Part shown: positions 37,585 through 50,869 of the stretch, piece by piece
Layout: each line of letters begins with the position of its first letter
Numbering within the stretch: the stretch's first letter is position 1
Assembly (NCBI RefSeq): GCF_009834535.1
Contig: NC_045696.1
Span: forward strand, 118,484,001-118,548,000
Reading direction: 5' to 3'
DNA length: 64,000 nt
DNA from: Camelus ferus
Taxonomy: Eukaryota
Translations under genes and position numbers: made by a program
Notes under the pieces: generated by a model
What the model saw: the letters and a program-made list of their open reading frames with translations, nothing else
Told to the model about the DNA's origin: nothing
Databases searched by the model: none

Positions 37585-39535
37585 TTTTCAACAGCTTGAC
37601 TAAGATATAATTTACACACAGTAAAAATCCACTCATTTAAAGCATACAGTTCAGTGGTTTTTAGTATATTTGCAGAGTTGTGCAGCGACCACCATAATCT
37701 AATTTAAAAACATGTTCAGTATCCCCCAAAAGAGCCCTTGTACCCATTAGCTGTCGTCCCCTACCTTTCTCCCCTCCCGTAAAACTCCTCCCGCCCCCCA
37801 CCTAGGTGAACACTAATCTAACTCCTGTCCCTGTGGATTTGCCTATTCTAGATATTCTGTGTAAATGGGATCATACAGTATGTGGCGGTGTGGATGCTGG
37901 TGGCTGGCTTCCTTAAGTTAGCGTAATGTTTTTGAGGTCCGTCCATGCTGTAGCATGTATTGGTACTTCATTCATTTTTATTGCCAAATCATAGGCATAC
38001 CACATTGGAGTATCAGTGCATCAATTGGTAGGCATTTGGGTTGTTTGCACTCTGTAGTTGTTATGAATAATGCTGCCGTGAACATTTCCTGTGCACGTTT
38101 TTGTGTGGACACATTTTTGTTTTGTTTTGTTTTTAATTGAAGTACCATCAGTTACAAGGTGTCAATTTCTGGTGCACAGCACAGTGTCCCAGTCGTGCAT
38201 ATGCATACATGTATTCATTTTCATGTTCTTTTTCATTAAAGGTTATTACAAGATATTGAACATAGTTCCCTGTGTCATACAGCAGAAACTTCTTTTAATC
38301 TGTTTTTATTTGTAGTGGCTAACGTTTGTAAATCTCAAACTCCCAAATTTATCCCATCCCACCCACTTTCCCTGGTAACCATAAGATTGTTTACCATGTC
38401 TATGAGTCTGTTTCTGTTTTGTAGATGAATTCACAGTGTCCTTTTTTTTTTTCTATTTCTTTTTCTTCTTTTTTTTTTAATTCCATATATGAGTGATATT
38501 TTTCTTTCTCTTTCTGGGTTACTTCACTCAGAACGACGATCTGTAGTGGATAGGTGTTTTTATTTCTCCTGGATGTATACCTAGCAGTGGAATTGCTTGG
38601 TCATATGGAAACTCTACATTCACCATTTTGAGGAACTGTCAAAAACTGTTTTGCAAAATGGCTGCACCATTTTACATTCCCACCAGCAGTGTATGAGGAG
38701 GGTTGCAGATTTTTCCACATACTCGCCAACACTTGGTATATCTGTCTTTTTTATTATAGCCATTCTAATGGATGTGAAATGGTATCTCATTGTGGTTTGG
38801 GTTTGCATTTCCCTGATGACTAATTATGTTGAACATCTTTTCATGTGCTTATGGGTCATTTGTACTTGTTTTTTGGGGAAATGGTTCTTGGGGTCCTTTG
38901 CTCATGTTTAATTGGGGTGTCATTTTATTGTAGAATTATGAGTTCTTTGTGCATTCTGGATACAAGATTCTTATCTGACTTATGATTTACAAATATTTTT
39001 TCTCTTCTGTCTGTTCACCTTCTTAATGGTGTCCCGCTGAAGCCCAAATGTTTTTAATTTTGATGAAGCCTCACTTACCAGTCTTTTATCACTTGTACTT
39101 TTGGTGTCCTATCTAAGAAGGCGTTGCCTAACCCAAGATCACAAAGATTTATTCCTGTATTTCCTTCTGAAAGTTTGATGGTTTAGCTCTTCCATTTAGG
39201 TCTGTTCCTTTCATTCTTTTCCATTTGGACATCAGTTTTGTTGAAAAGACTGTTTGTTGAAAAGACTGTTCTTACCCCATTGAATTGTCTTGCCCCTTTG
39301 TCAAAATTTAACCATAAATGTGAGGGTTTATTTCTGAACTCTGTATTCCGTTGAGCTATATGTCTGTCCTTCATGCTAGTACCATACTGTCTTGATTACT
39401 TTGTAGTAAGTTTTGAAATCAGGACTTAGGAATCCATGAACTCTGTTTATCTTTTTCAAGGTAATTTTAGCTGTTCTGAGTCAGATGCAGTCCTGTATGA
39501 ATTTTAAGATCGTCTTGTCAATGTCTGCAAAGTAT
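37585..39535 (-). mobile_element. L1MB-like element, interrupted by a younger camelid L1 at about 38112-38545
   Basis: Reverse-strand ORF2 peptide TTMRYHFTSIRMAIIKK...CWWECKMVQP plus an L1MB-type 3' UTR. Confidence 0.85.
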
Positions 39536-40519
39536 GAAAAATTATACTTTGTATGCTGTTTTATACATTACTTTTTCTCCATTTGTTTAATAAGTCATCT
39601 CTCTTAAGGATGTTTTAAATGCAGTGTCCATCAGGAAATAAGAGCTCTGTGCTTCCACACAGAATAACTGCTAGAAAGGGCCTCCAAAGATTCCCCTTAA
39701 CCCGGGTGGGATGATTACCAAGGCCTTCTCTTTCTTCTTTCTGAATCACTACCAAGTTGTATGCAGTCCTGTTTCTTCTCATTGCTACAATTTCCCAACA
39801 AAGGGGACCTGGAGCCCCGACGAAATGATTTGCTTCTTCAGAAAAATGACCTCAGAAGAGAGGTATTTTCTTGAAGCATTTCTGGCTACAGACCAAGAAA
39901 GTTCAGCTACCTTTGAAAAAAAAGTGGTGAGTGGACAGCCCCACTTACAGAGCTCCCATCTCCAAATCTGGCTTCTATCACCTGCCCCGCAGCGATGGAT
40001 ACCATCTCAGAGAATGTAGCACAGAGAGAGTGGGCCCTCCAGACGTGGACGGCTCACTCCGCTGCCCTTGCATTCAGTGGGAGCATCCCCCTTCACCTCC
40101 CTCTTCCCCCCCCACCTCACATCTCCTACATTCAGGTAAGGCACTGGACACTCCAAGAGCAAAACTTCAACATCTGGATGCTCCCTACTCCCAAATATTA
40201 TTTCTGTCTGGGGCTGCTGCTCATCTGGTGTTACAGCTATACCAATGGTTAAGATGCTGAAATAGTTCTGTATCAGTAGGTAAAGAAATCCAGCATCTGA
40301 GGGGTTAAGGCCCGGCACAGCAGGGGCTCTCTCCAGCATTTCCCTCTGCCTCCCCAAACTACCCTGATGGCTAGCTGCCTTCCTTCACCAGAGTGGTTGC
40401 TTTAGATGTTAACTGTCACCCCTGCGTAGTTATTCAGCAGAAGAGTTAATAAACTAACCCAGTGGTACCCATAAAACTCCATATTCCCAAGAGGAAAGCT
40501 ATTATCCAAAACCACCATT

Positions 40520-41025
40520 CAGGTTCCTGAGAAGAGGCCCCCAAATAGTCTATGGATGGAATTCAGGGGAGTCTTAAGAACTTGAATGAGAAAAATTTAC
40601 ATCTTTAGTTTCACTAAGCCCTTACTAAAATTGATTATTTTCTTCAACTATGGACGAAGACAGCAAACAGCAGTAACATTAGCAGCCTCTGAAACATTGT
40701 CACCGACAGCAGCACAGACACTTTATATCACATAATAGCCGATGAAGACGTCTTGAAATACCATTTATATTCATCACTGCTTCTAAATTATAGTAATGAT
40801 GAGACCAGCCACTATATCCTATTTAATACATTAATAAAAAAGCACATTTCACTATGTTATCAATTTGCTCAGTATTTTGATTACTGTATTTCAGTATAAT
40901 TGTTTTCCTTTATAACCCTATGTATTTTATTTTAGGTATTTAAAAATTTCTTCTGAAAAGGGGGCCAAATTCATTCCCATAAGGCAGAGTGGCGCCCATG
41001 GTGCAGGGATGGCTAAGAACCACTC
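40520..41025. mobile_element. hAT-Charlie non-autonomous element (MER20B-like)
   Basis: aaaaatttacatctttagtttcactaa...ttctgaaaagggggcc...ggctaagaaccact. Confidence 0.6.
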
Positions 41026-44000
41026 ACACAGATGCTGTGTGAGCCTTCGGGGGTGTACCCGTTGTCTCACTGGGTGTTTGAGGGGGCTTTGCTTTTACCA
41101 ATGAGCTGGGCCAAAGGCTGTTGATTAAAAGGAAAATATTTTATGCCATCTTTGCTCTTTCAAGAAGTTCGTACCTGATGTCCGTGTTCTTTTTTATAAT
41201 GACAATGAAGTCTAGGATAAAGCCATCAGGAAGGCACGAGTCCATCTGTAACACTCTTCTCAGTGGCTTCTGGGTCTCACTTGACACACTTTCTTAAGCA
41301 GACACTGGTCTCACTCAGGAAAATGTAGCTCTAACCTGAATTGTCCATGTTGGCCTTCTGTTTTCTCTCTTCACTTGGACATTTCACAGTTCAGTACTGA
41401 TGCTTCATGGTTATTCTAGAAAGTATCACAAAAATGAGTGTGTAAGTGAATGCCCTTAGTAATAAAAGTGGATTTATATAATAAATGAATTTTTAATTGC
41501 AAGATGTTTTATCGTTGAAGTTACCCCCAAAATTGCATTAGAACTATGACTATGCAGAGCCTTCATTCTCCAGGCCCCGGTGTGCAGCTCAGCTTTTTAG
41601 AACAGCAGGTCACGAAGAGGGAAGAAGAGATGGTGGAATTCGTCACACCAGGGTTCGCAGTCCCATGGGGTCACATAGACTTACTCTTGAGGATTCAGAA
41701 ATCCTAAAGCCATTCTGTAAATTGCTTCTATTTTGATGATAATATATTTAAACTTACTTCAACGTTTCTAAAATGAAAAATTTACCATGGTAATTTTTGT
41801 AGCAGAAATTTTCATTTCTTAAGTCCATTTCCCAAATTGGAATATTTAAGAATGTGTTTTGAGAGTGCCTCTTCCCTTTTTTTTTTTTTTCTTTTCTGTC
41901 CTTCCTTGAATGTTGGGAACCTTCCTCTTAGAAAAACAGAGATGGGTTTCCACATGTCTTTAAACCTCCCCAACCTGCACACGTTCAAGGAAGGAAAAAG
42001 GTGAAGAGTTCAGCGCTGCCGAACAGAGCTACCTAGTGATCTAAAAGGAGTATCTTGAAGCCCAGGATTAATAACCAACAGAATGTGTAAACATAAACTG
42101 CTCCCCGTGTTTATTTATATACATACATATATATTGGGGGGCACGCTAATCTGGCATCTCCCTGCATGCTGAATTCAAAATGTAAATACATCAGAAAAAG
42201 GAAAACATTTTATTTCTCTTTCGGTGTCCTGTTTATTGTATGAAGCTACAGTCGAGCATAATGCACAGGTGGTTTAAAATGCTTCTCAGCCATCTGAGAT
42301 CTCGGCTTGCCAGGGCAGGGATGGGGATGTCACGTTAGGGAATTGGGCTTATTCAGTATGTAAAATGAGGCTGGCCTGGGTTCAGGGGTTTTGTCTGTGT
42401 CTTTACCAGTTAACAGTTTTTGCTTCCTTTTTTTATTTTTAAGGTCTTTTAAATTTTCTCTTTTTTCCAAGTCTTAATCTGTAGGTAAAGAGGTTGGAAT
42501 TACCTAAATTTTTCTGTCAGTTGCACTAAGATTCTTAATACCTAATATTTGTAAGGTATGTTTACTATCAGAATATATAGGAATTTTTAGTTTTAGACCA
42601 GAGGTCATTTTAATCTTGGTACTGAAATAAAATCACAATTTACAACCTTGTTACACAAAGAGTTGTTTCCCTTTTTTTGGTGAAGATCTATGTTAACGTG
42701 AATAATGCTTTGTATCCACATTTTGGATTTTGTAATATTGTAAAAAATCAAACTAGATTTTGTTTCCAAGTCTGATGTTTTTTTAACTTATTTCATACAA
42801 AGTACTTGACATTTAATTCATGGTATGAGTTGTTTAAGAAAAAAGAAAAATGGTTTAGGTAGGGAAGGTAAGGCTTGATACACTATTACATGTAAATATG
42901 TATAGTAAAATGAGTATTGTCTCAGTAGCAAGTAACAAAAAGGAAATCAACTCTTGGATAAATGATGAAGGAAATAAAATGCAGATCTAGATTTGACAGC
43001 AATATCTAGATAATACCATTTATTTTATATATATATATATTTTTAAGGGAATGTTTTGAACATTTTGGACTATACTGTCTGCCTTTTTGATCCACTGTGT
43101 TACTCCATCTAATTTTAATGAAGAGGGCAGGATGTGGCGATAAGAAACAGAAATGTTGAGACCTTTGCGGACCCTCTAGCAATCAGTGAATATCAGATCA
43201 CAAATTTCCCCAGCTTTAATTACAGGCAAAAGAAAAGACAAAATTAGCATTTTAATATAGAAATATCTTCGGCTTTAGGAGAATTATGATAAATCTAATG
43301 TTGCCTAGTGAACCAAAGAGGGGCTATTACCACAAACTGTCTCCTTAGAAATATTTGTTTAAATAAAGGCAACAATACTTCATCCTTATCTTTTTGGGAT
43401 AATTATCGCTATTTCAGGCTGTTCTTTGTTCCAGGTTTAAAATACCTTTAGTTTAGGGAAAAAAAGAAAAAGTAATTGGCAGTGTGTGTTTTCTATAAAA
43501 CTACAAGAAGGGGAAAATGCTGTTTGCTTGGCACTAACAAGATAATTATTTTAGGGAGAGTTTTTGCTCCGCAGCCCGGGTTCGCTGGTGCCATGGCATC
43601 ATCCTTGCACTTGGATGCATTTTGGTTACCTCGTTTCCGCTACAGCGCATGAAACTAGCTCCTCTTCCAGGGCTGAGGTTTGCCCACCTGTCTCCCCTAA
43701 AACACCTGCAACATATGTTTGCATAACCCTGTAATGCTTCGCCTTTGGGGTCCTGAGAAATTCCCCCAGAGCTTTCTGCTTATAAACAGCTGAGCAATTC
43801 GTTTTTCTAATGACGGTTGCTTTTCCCCCAGCATTGAGGCAATAACATATTCACTAAAATCAGAGCCTCATTTTTCATCAAAGAGAAACATTCGACATAT
43901 TTTTACAGTGCTGTTTCTCCTTCTGAGCCTTATTTTTTCCCCTTTTCTGATCTGGCATGCTAAAAATTAAGAGTTGGTACCAAGATATTAAGGAAGGAAA

Positions 44001-44519
44001 ACAAGGTAATTCTTCACCTGTCAAATGTTTTCTTCACGCCCAACATATATTTATACTGTAAGTAGAAATCAACCTTTTCTGTTAAACAAGAGCTACAGGA
44101 ACTTTGTATCAGTTTCATTTAATGTAAAAAGTGTGACCAATAAAATATAAAAATAATAATTTGGACATATTGTAGGAAAGAACTTTATTGTAACCTCATA
44201 GGCTGGCAAACAAGTGTGCATTAATAGTATGTGGTTTTACAATTATTAAAAAATGTATGTATATACTCCTCTTCTGAGAAAGAAGACAGTTTTTCTCCCC
44301 ACATGTGAGATCCAGTGTGCATGATATATTTTCCTAAATATGTGTATTTGCTTTTTTAAAAAAATAATGTTTGATAAAATCTACCCTCAATGTATATGTT
44401 ATCAGAAGTCTGCAACAGCGCCTTCTCTACCTGTCTGTTATCCGGGATTTTAAGTTTTCGTTCCGTCAAACTGCTGTCAGAGGTCTGATTGTCAGTGCTC
44501 GGTGGTATCGGAAGGTGAT

Positions 44520-44750
44520 GATAGCTCCCATTTTGCAGAGTTTTTATGAAGTGCCCAGCACTGTGCTGTGCACCTAGTGTTCAGTGTCCCCTTGAATCCT
44601 TAGCGCGGTTTTGCAGATGCGGAAACTCAGGCTGGGAGTGTGACAGACTCCTCCCAGCGGCTCAGCTGGCAGTGGATGGGCCAGATCTGGACCTGAGCCT
44701 CCCTGACCTCTGACCCCTGGCTTCCCGGGCCAGGCAGCCTGTGCCTCTAA
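44520..44750 (-). mobile_element. MIR
   Basis: gttttgcagatgcggaaactcaggctgggag. Confidence 0.75.
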
Positions 44751-44776
44751 AGCAGATGTTACGTTTGCCTGGTCCG

Positions 44777-45010
44777 GTTTTTTGTTTGTTTTTTGGAGGT
44801 TTTGTTGTTGTTGTTTCCTTTCATTTATTGTTTTTTTAATTGAAGTATGGTCAGTTACAGTGTGTCAGTTTCTGGTGTGCAGCACGATGTCCCAGTCATG
44901 AGGATACATGTATATATTTTAATATTTTTCATTAAAGGTTATCACAAGGTATTGAATATAATTCCCTGTGCTATACAGACAAAATTTGTTTTTTATCTAT
45001 TTGTATATAC
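44777..45010 (-). mobile_element. Camelid L1 3' end
   Basis: T-rich tail, then aattgaagtatggtcagttacagtgtgtcagtttctggtgtgcagcacgatgtcccagtc. Confidence 0.85.
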
Positions 45011-46914
45011 AGTGGTTGGTCCCTTTGTTTTTAACATAAAGCTTTAACTCTTCTTCGGCTCCTACTGAGACATTCAGAAATTAGAGCTGGCATCACTGGA
45101 ATGGCTTTTGTTTTGCTCCTCTCGGTTCTGCATGTGTTTACAAATAAAGAGGCCTTGGAAAGGCACTGAGTGGTTCAAAGCAGGATAAGGACCTCAGACT
45201 CCTGTCTTTCTGGAGCAATTCAGAAGGAGATAACCATTCTCAGGTGAGGGACCAGCGTCAGGGGACCAGTCTAGGAAGTACTGTTTGTGATGACCTCCAT
45301 GGGATGTGTTTGGTTCCACTAGGCTCAGAACAAGGAAAGCTATCACGTTCCATCTTGTGGTTAATTGTGCTTCTTGTAGCATCTGGTAGGTGGTTGTACT
45401 TAGCGGTGGGTTAGCACTGAAATATTTGTATACCACCACCACAAAGGGGATTCCAACTCAAAATACTGAAACATCACCACGCGGGTGAGGGTGGCAGGAA
45501 GGAGGATTATATGCAGATCTACAGATTTCCTTTACAGAGTAGAGCAGAAGGGAGTTGTCCACCGTCAAAATCACACTCGTAAGGGGCAGAGTGTCTGACC
45601 TGACATTATGTTAAAGGGCAGCTTTAGACCTCAGAAGGAAGCACGTTACCTGTAACAGAGAGGTGAGGTTTCAATTAGCTTTGTCCCTACGATTGATCGC
45701 TGTCATTTAAGCACTTGTAAATTGATTTGATCACACCAAATTAACAACAGCATTTTGGAAATTCAGAAATACAACAAAAGTTTGGTTTGGTTCTCTTTTT
45801 CCATATAGTTCCCTCTCAGACACTCGTTTCTACCATTATCTCTTCTGCTTCCGTAAGTCATTTTGTCCACAAGGCTTTAGGATGCCTCCCCAAATTTCTG
45901 CCCATCTATGCCATGGGTGGGAGTTTCAACATTCTTCTTATATTGTCATAAAATGAAAAGCTGAAGAGAGAGACTTAAGAAGAGCTCCAGTAGCTTGTTA
46001 ACAGAGAAGAATTGAGTGGTACTTAGGAAGTTAATTAGCTGCAGTCTCACGGAAGATTTATTTCAGGTCCATCCAGGTTGGTTTAGGAAAGGCATGGTCA
46101 ACCCCGGATGGATTGAATTTGTAATTTCTGCATGTTCGTGTATGGTTATATAGACTTCTCAGGCTGTAAAACATAATTGATATTCCTCTGTACACAGACT
46201 AGCGTCGGTTAGGGTATGATTACCATTTTGTTATCTTTCCAAAGAAAAATTCTCCAAAACAAAACTTTTTTTAATCTACATTGGTTTGGAAAAGCTATTA
46301 TATAATGTTTGAAATCCTGACTGTGTGAAAATGGGTTTAAAATACTAATTGTTCCAGTCTTTTGCAAAGACATAATATTTGTCAACACATGTCCTACACA
46401 GTGAGAACTTACAGCTGTCATGGGGTCTGGTCTTTCTTACATATGTGTAGAATACACATTTGTATGTGTAGAATTCTAGTGGCTCTTACATTTTAGAGGG
46501 TATTTCAGATCTACAAAAATTAAAAATCAAAGCATATTTCTGTAAAATTTTATTTGGGGAAAAATCCTTTAAAATAGGAAAAGCAAGTATCCCTGTCTTT
46601 TTAAAATGTTTCAATTGCATAAGATTAGAATTCTGCTCATTTGATCTCATCCCTCTTAGGAAACACTGCTATTATCATTCTGGTCCATAGGTGTGTGAGA
46701 AGCTAGTGCTCCAAAATTTTTTGACTTTTTAAAGCCTTATTCAGAAGAGACAAAACTAACTTAATTAAAAGAGAAGAATTATAGATGAATTAAAGAACTG
46801 TCAGGAGTGAATCTTAATGTAGAAAAGCATTTGTGCCTTTTGTAAATTCGTGTCTGTGCCTTGATTTCTAGGGCCACATATTTATTGGTTTACAGGCCCA
46901 TCAGACATTGAGTT

Positions 46915-47250
46915 TGGTGCTGTTCATGGCAGTAGCCACAGCCATGTGTGGCTACCGAGCACCTGAAGTGTGACCGGTCCACACTGAGTTGTGCTGTCGG
47001 AGTAAAAGATACACTGGATTTCAAACACTTTTTCCAAAAGAAAAAATATAAAATATCTCAATATTTTTTATATTTGATTACATGTTAAAATCATAATATT
47101 TGGGATATACTCAGTTAAACAAAATATTGTTCCATTTAATTTCACTCAGCTTTTTTCCTTTTTTTTTTTTTTTTTAACGTGGTTGTTGGACAGTGTAAAT
47201 TACGCGTGAAGCTTGCGTTTGTGAGCCGCGCGACACCTCTCCCGGCCAGG
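46915..47250. mobile_element. MER33-like hAT element
   Basis: gtagccacagccatgtgtggctaccgagcacctgaagtgtg...aaaagatacactggatttcaaa. Confidence 0.8.
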
Positions 47251-48862
47251 GCTCGTCTGCATCATCTGTCTGTGTCCACGTACTTACCATCATCTCAGAT
47301 AGAAAACCCTGTTGAATACCTTTCAGCTGTCACTTCTGAATTTATTTCCTTACATTTCAAATACAGTTTTTCAACATTATATTTCAATTTTTTTTTCCCC
47401 ATCCTGGTACACCGGCACTTTAAACTACCTCTCCCTTTACTACCAGGAACTCTCCTAGGAATTTCAATAGGCCGCAGTGAAAGCGATACTTGAGCCTCAT
47501 TCATATGTTCCAGTTAGATCATTATTCCTAATAATGGCTTTAAGCGCTTAGATAGATCAGCACTTGTCTCTTGAATTGCTTGTCATTTCTCTATAAAGAT
47601 GTTTCCAGAAATTGCTCTATGCATTCCCTTCTTTCATTGTTCCGAACACAAGGTAACGTAATCCTTTATTAATTTGTTTAAAGTCAGAGAAGAAAAGCCT
47701 TTGTATTAGCGAAAGCAAAATGTTTCCAGGCACTGAGAAGAAAGAGCAAAGTTCGTCACGAGTGATAGTCCTACGACAGTTCATTTTTAACGTAAATCAT
47801 GAATGCGCCGTCAGTCTGCCAGTGGCTTTGACCTCTGTTTCATGCTTCCGTTATGCTCGGGTCCGGGTTGCCATCAGACACCACAAGGAAGCCTACGCAG
47901 CTCCTAGGCAGAGGGAAGTTGCGCTGTTAGACTTAGCAGTATGGTAGTCATGGAAGCATCAGTTATCTTCATCAAGGCAATTCAGATGTGATTATTGCAG
48001 AACTGTGTTGAATACCAAACCAGTGGAGTAGTAGCTGGAGCTAAATCAAGGGATTGTCATTTTTGTCAGATGATTAGGGCTGACTTGGAAGAGATACGAA
48101 AGGGTTGAGCTGTGTAAATATTCTCTTTTCAGCAGAAAAAGAAAAGGTCCATCATGGCATTAAGATGCAGCTTGTTAGCTTGATGAATTTCAAACTATTT
48201 AACCTTAGCAATTATACACCCCCACCAACATGCAAGTGTGTCAGTGTCTTGGGGATTATGTCTCCAAGGAGTGATATCCAAGCATACTGGTAACTTTCTA
48301 TTAAGAGAAAATGTAGCTTTCTGTGTCAGATCTCAAAGGACAGGGAGTGCTCTGGTTCAAATTATTAACTTGAATTATATGTTCAGGTAAACATTGCAAT
48401 ACATTTACTTCTCAGTCTTTAAAAACTTTTTTAAACGAAATATATATATAATTTAACATTTTGGAGATGATGGTATTCATTTAAGTTATGCTATTAATGT
48501 GTTGTTATCAACTAGAAATACCTTTGATTAATTTTTGTTTGCCTGAGGGACTTGAAACATTTAAAGAGACACATTAAATAATAGCAACGTATTTAAATAG
48601 ATACACCCAACCTTATGATTCAAGGACATTTCAGCACATTGCTCAATAATATTAAATGCCAGAGAGTACAGTGAATTTGCTGCTTTTATGAAAATGTGCA
48701 CTGGTCAGTTTGCTTTTGTATTGTGGTGATACCCTGCTAATATTTCCACTACCTGGGCACTTATTAAACTCGTATATAAGAATAGATGACATAGAAATTA
48801 CTAACTTTAAAAGAATTGATGAATTCTGAAATAATACGTTCATTTTAGAAGAAAGACTCGGT

Positions 48863-48879
48863 GTGCCATCTAGCGGGCA
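48863..48879 (-). promoter_or_regulatory. Candidate CTCF binding site
   Basis: Reverse complement reads TGCCCGCTAGATGGCAC, matching the CCRSYAGRKGGCRS core. Confidence 0.6.
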
Positions 48880-48911
48880 TATTTAGCATTCTGGTTATCA
48901 AAAACTGTATT

Positions 48912-49064
48912 CCATACCTTGTAATGGTCTGTAATGAAAAGGATATATATGTGTCTGTATGTATGTATGTGTGTGTGTAAATGAATCACTATGCTGTACA
49001 CCAGAAATTAACACAACATGGTAAATCGACTATACTTTAATTAAAAAAAAAAAAGAATGGAAAA
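48912..49064 (+). mobile_element. Very short L1 3' end with A-tail
   Basis: gaatcactatgctgtacaccagaaattaacacaaca...poly-A. Flanked by aaaaactgtatt / aaaaactgattatt. Confidence 0.85.
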
Positions 49065-49488
49065 AAAAACTGATTATTGCTCTTCTCCAAAATGCAGCTT
49101 TTTTGACATTTTGTGTCTCCTAGCCCTTAAGCATAGCTTGTGCTGGTGTTACATCTCATATAATATTTCAGTTTTATTGTAATTTTACCTGATTGTCTTT
49201 GGAGTGGCATATTGAAAGTGATCAAAATTATCAAAAAGAAATCTAATGAAAGGAATAAATCTATGTAAACTATGAGACAAGTAAAAGTAAAATATATTAA
49301 AACAATTTCACTGTTTAATCAGACTAAAATCAGTTAAGACAAAACTTCAATAAGCACATTGATTATTGAACTTCATTATTTTACATGTTTTTCTGAAAGA
49401 ATATAGAAACAATTGTTTCAGCCTTTTATATGTTAATGTATGATTTAAATAGCCTTATATATTTTAATTTATTGCTTTTTTTCTCTAG

Positions 49489-49574
49489 AGAAATCCAAGA
49501 CCAGTGACTTATCAATTCCATCCAAATTTAGATTATTACAAAGCACGAGGAGCAGACCTCATGAATAAAAGCCG
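49489..49574 (+). CDS. TBC1D5: TBC1D5 next internal coding exon, 86 nt, entry phase 0, exit phase 2
   Basis: Acceptor attgctttttttctctag|AGA and donor CG|gtaagt. Translates RNPRPVTYQFHPNLDYYKARGADLMNKS(R), the direct continuation of ...FLRDPK in TBC1D5. Phase matches the upstream exon. Not in the supplied ORF track. Confidence 0.96.
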
Positions 49575-50869
49575 GTAAGTCCTCTTTCTCTGATGAAGGT
49601 TATAAGTCACTAAGATATTCTTGGAGATCATTAGGAAATTTTACACATTTGCTGAAAATAATTTTCTAGATTTTAGCATATCAGTGGTTAATGCATGTAA
49701 TGAATCTTTGTTAAATAAATTATCCCAGTTTTTTTAAAGGCATGGGAAAAAGATATACGTTGATGTCAGTGGTAAGATGAAAAATTAAGTGAATAGAAGA
49801 GTGCTTGTTACGGTTTGAAGTTTGACAACTTCATCTTTCTAACACTAATAAACCTGAATAAATCGTGCCTACTCATATAATCTCTTTCTAGATCCTTGCT
49901 GTTGATTGAAAAGAGGCAGTTCTGTAATATATCCTTAACTTATTTCAGTAGCAAAATTGAAATTGGGTTTCCCAACTGTCTTTAGAACTACACAATATGC
50001 TTATAAATGCATCTTGTGTGCGCGTTTGTGATTACATACATAGACATTTTAAGGGTCACTGTAGGAATAAAAAAACATTAAAATCGTACTTTTAAAAGAA
50101 ATGAACACTGGCATAAAGGGTTGATGAACAGTTTTGTTCTTTCATAATACTGTACTCAGCTGTCTCAAGAGTTAACTTGTCAAACCAGAACCATCTCCAA
50201 TGAGAACGTAATTTCAAAGTTTGCTGTGGAGACTAAAATGTTAGTCGTGATCAGTGCTGCAAGTTGTCTGAATTGTCCTCCTTCGGCGTTTTGCCTGTGT
50301 GCTAGCTTTTCTTCAGTAGAATTCCAATGACCTAAACATCCATTGATGGAATACATGTACAGATGTGTTCTGCTCTGACTTGGAGAGTCAAGAGAAGATG
50401 TAATTCCCAACACACAGAAACTCACAGTCTAAAAGGTGAGAAGACTTTGATAAGAAAGCAGCTAAATTTAAACTTGTAATTTGAACACTGTTTCAGTGTA
50501 ACGTTATTTTTAAATTACCCATCCTTGATTGAAGTCTGTCTCACATTTTGATGAACTGCGTAATTATGAGACCAGTTCTATAGCCCACGAGGCTTCTCTG
50601 AAGCTCTTTTCTGTTTATTCATTTTGTCTGATTCTTGTTTTACAAATAAGAGTTTATTCCCGATAGTCACTTTGTTCATTTAATTTAACACATTTGTCCT
50701 GAATGCCAGACTCGCACTATTGCAGGCATTGGAGACACTCAGTGAACCAGCCAGACAAGACTCCCTGTCTGCAGGAATCTCACAGTCTGGTCACTTGTAT
50801 TTCCTCCCCATCATGTCGAATATTTAGTTTTGATAGGTTTAAAAGAGCAGTGTATTTATTTTAGATACT

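Larger units (their letters stand above)
18905..49488 (+). other. TBC1D5: TBC1D5 intron, 30,584 nt, GT-AG. Positions 1-18797 and 49575-64000 are also intronic.
   Basis: Canonical GT...AG between two phase-compatible consecutive exons. I could not find the neighbouring TBC1D5 exons in the window. Confidence 0.9.

Noticed and set aside
39238..39270. 16-bp tandem duplication in L1 (similar small ones at about 10083 and 26159)
   Set aside because: Ordinary slippage inside decayed repeats.
46060..46110. QxGFRKGxST-like reverse transcriptase motif
   Set aside because: Needs two frameshifts in about 30 nt. Too weak without an HMM search.
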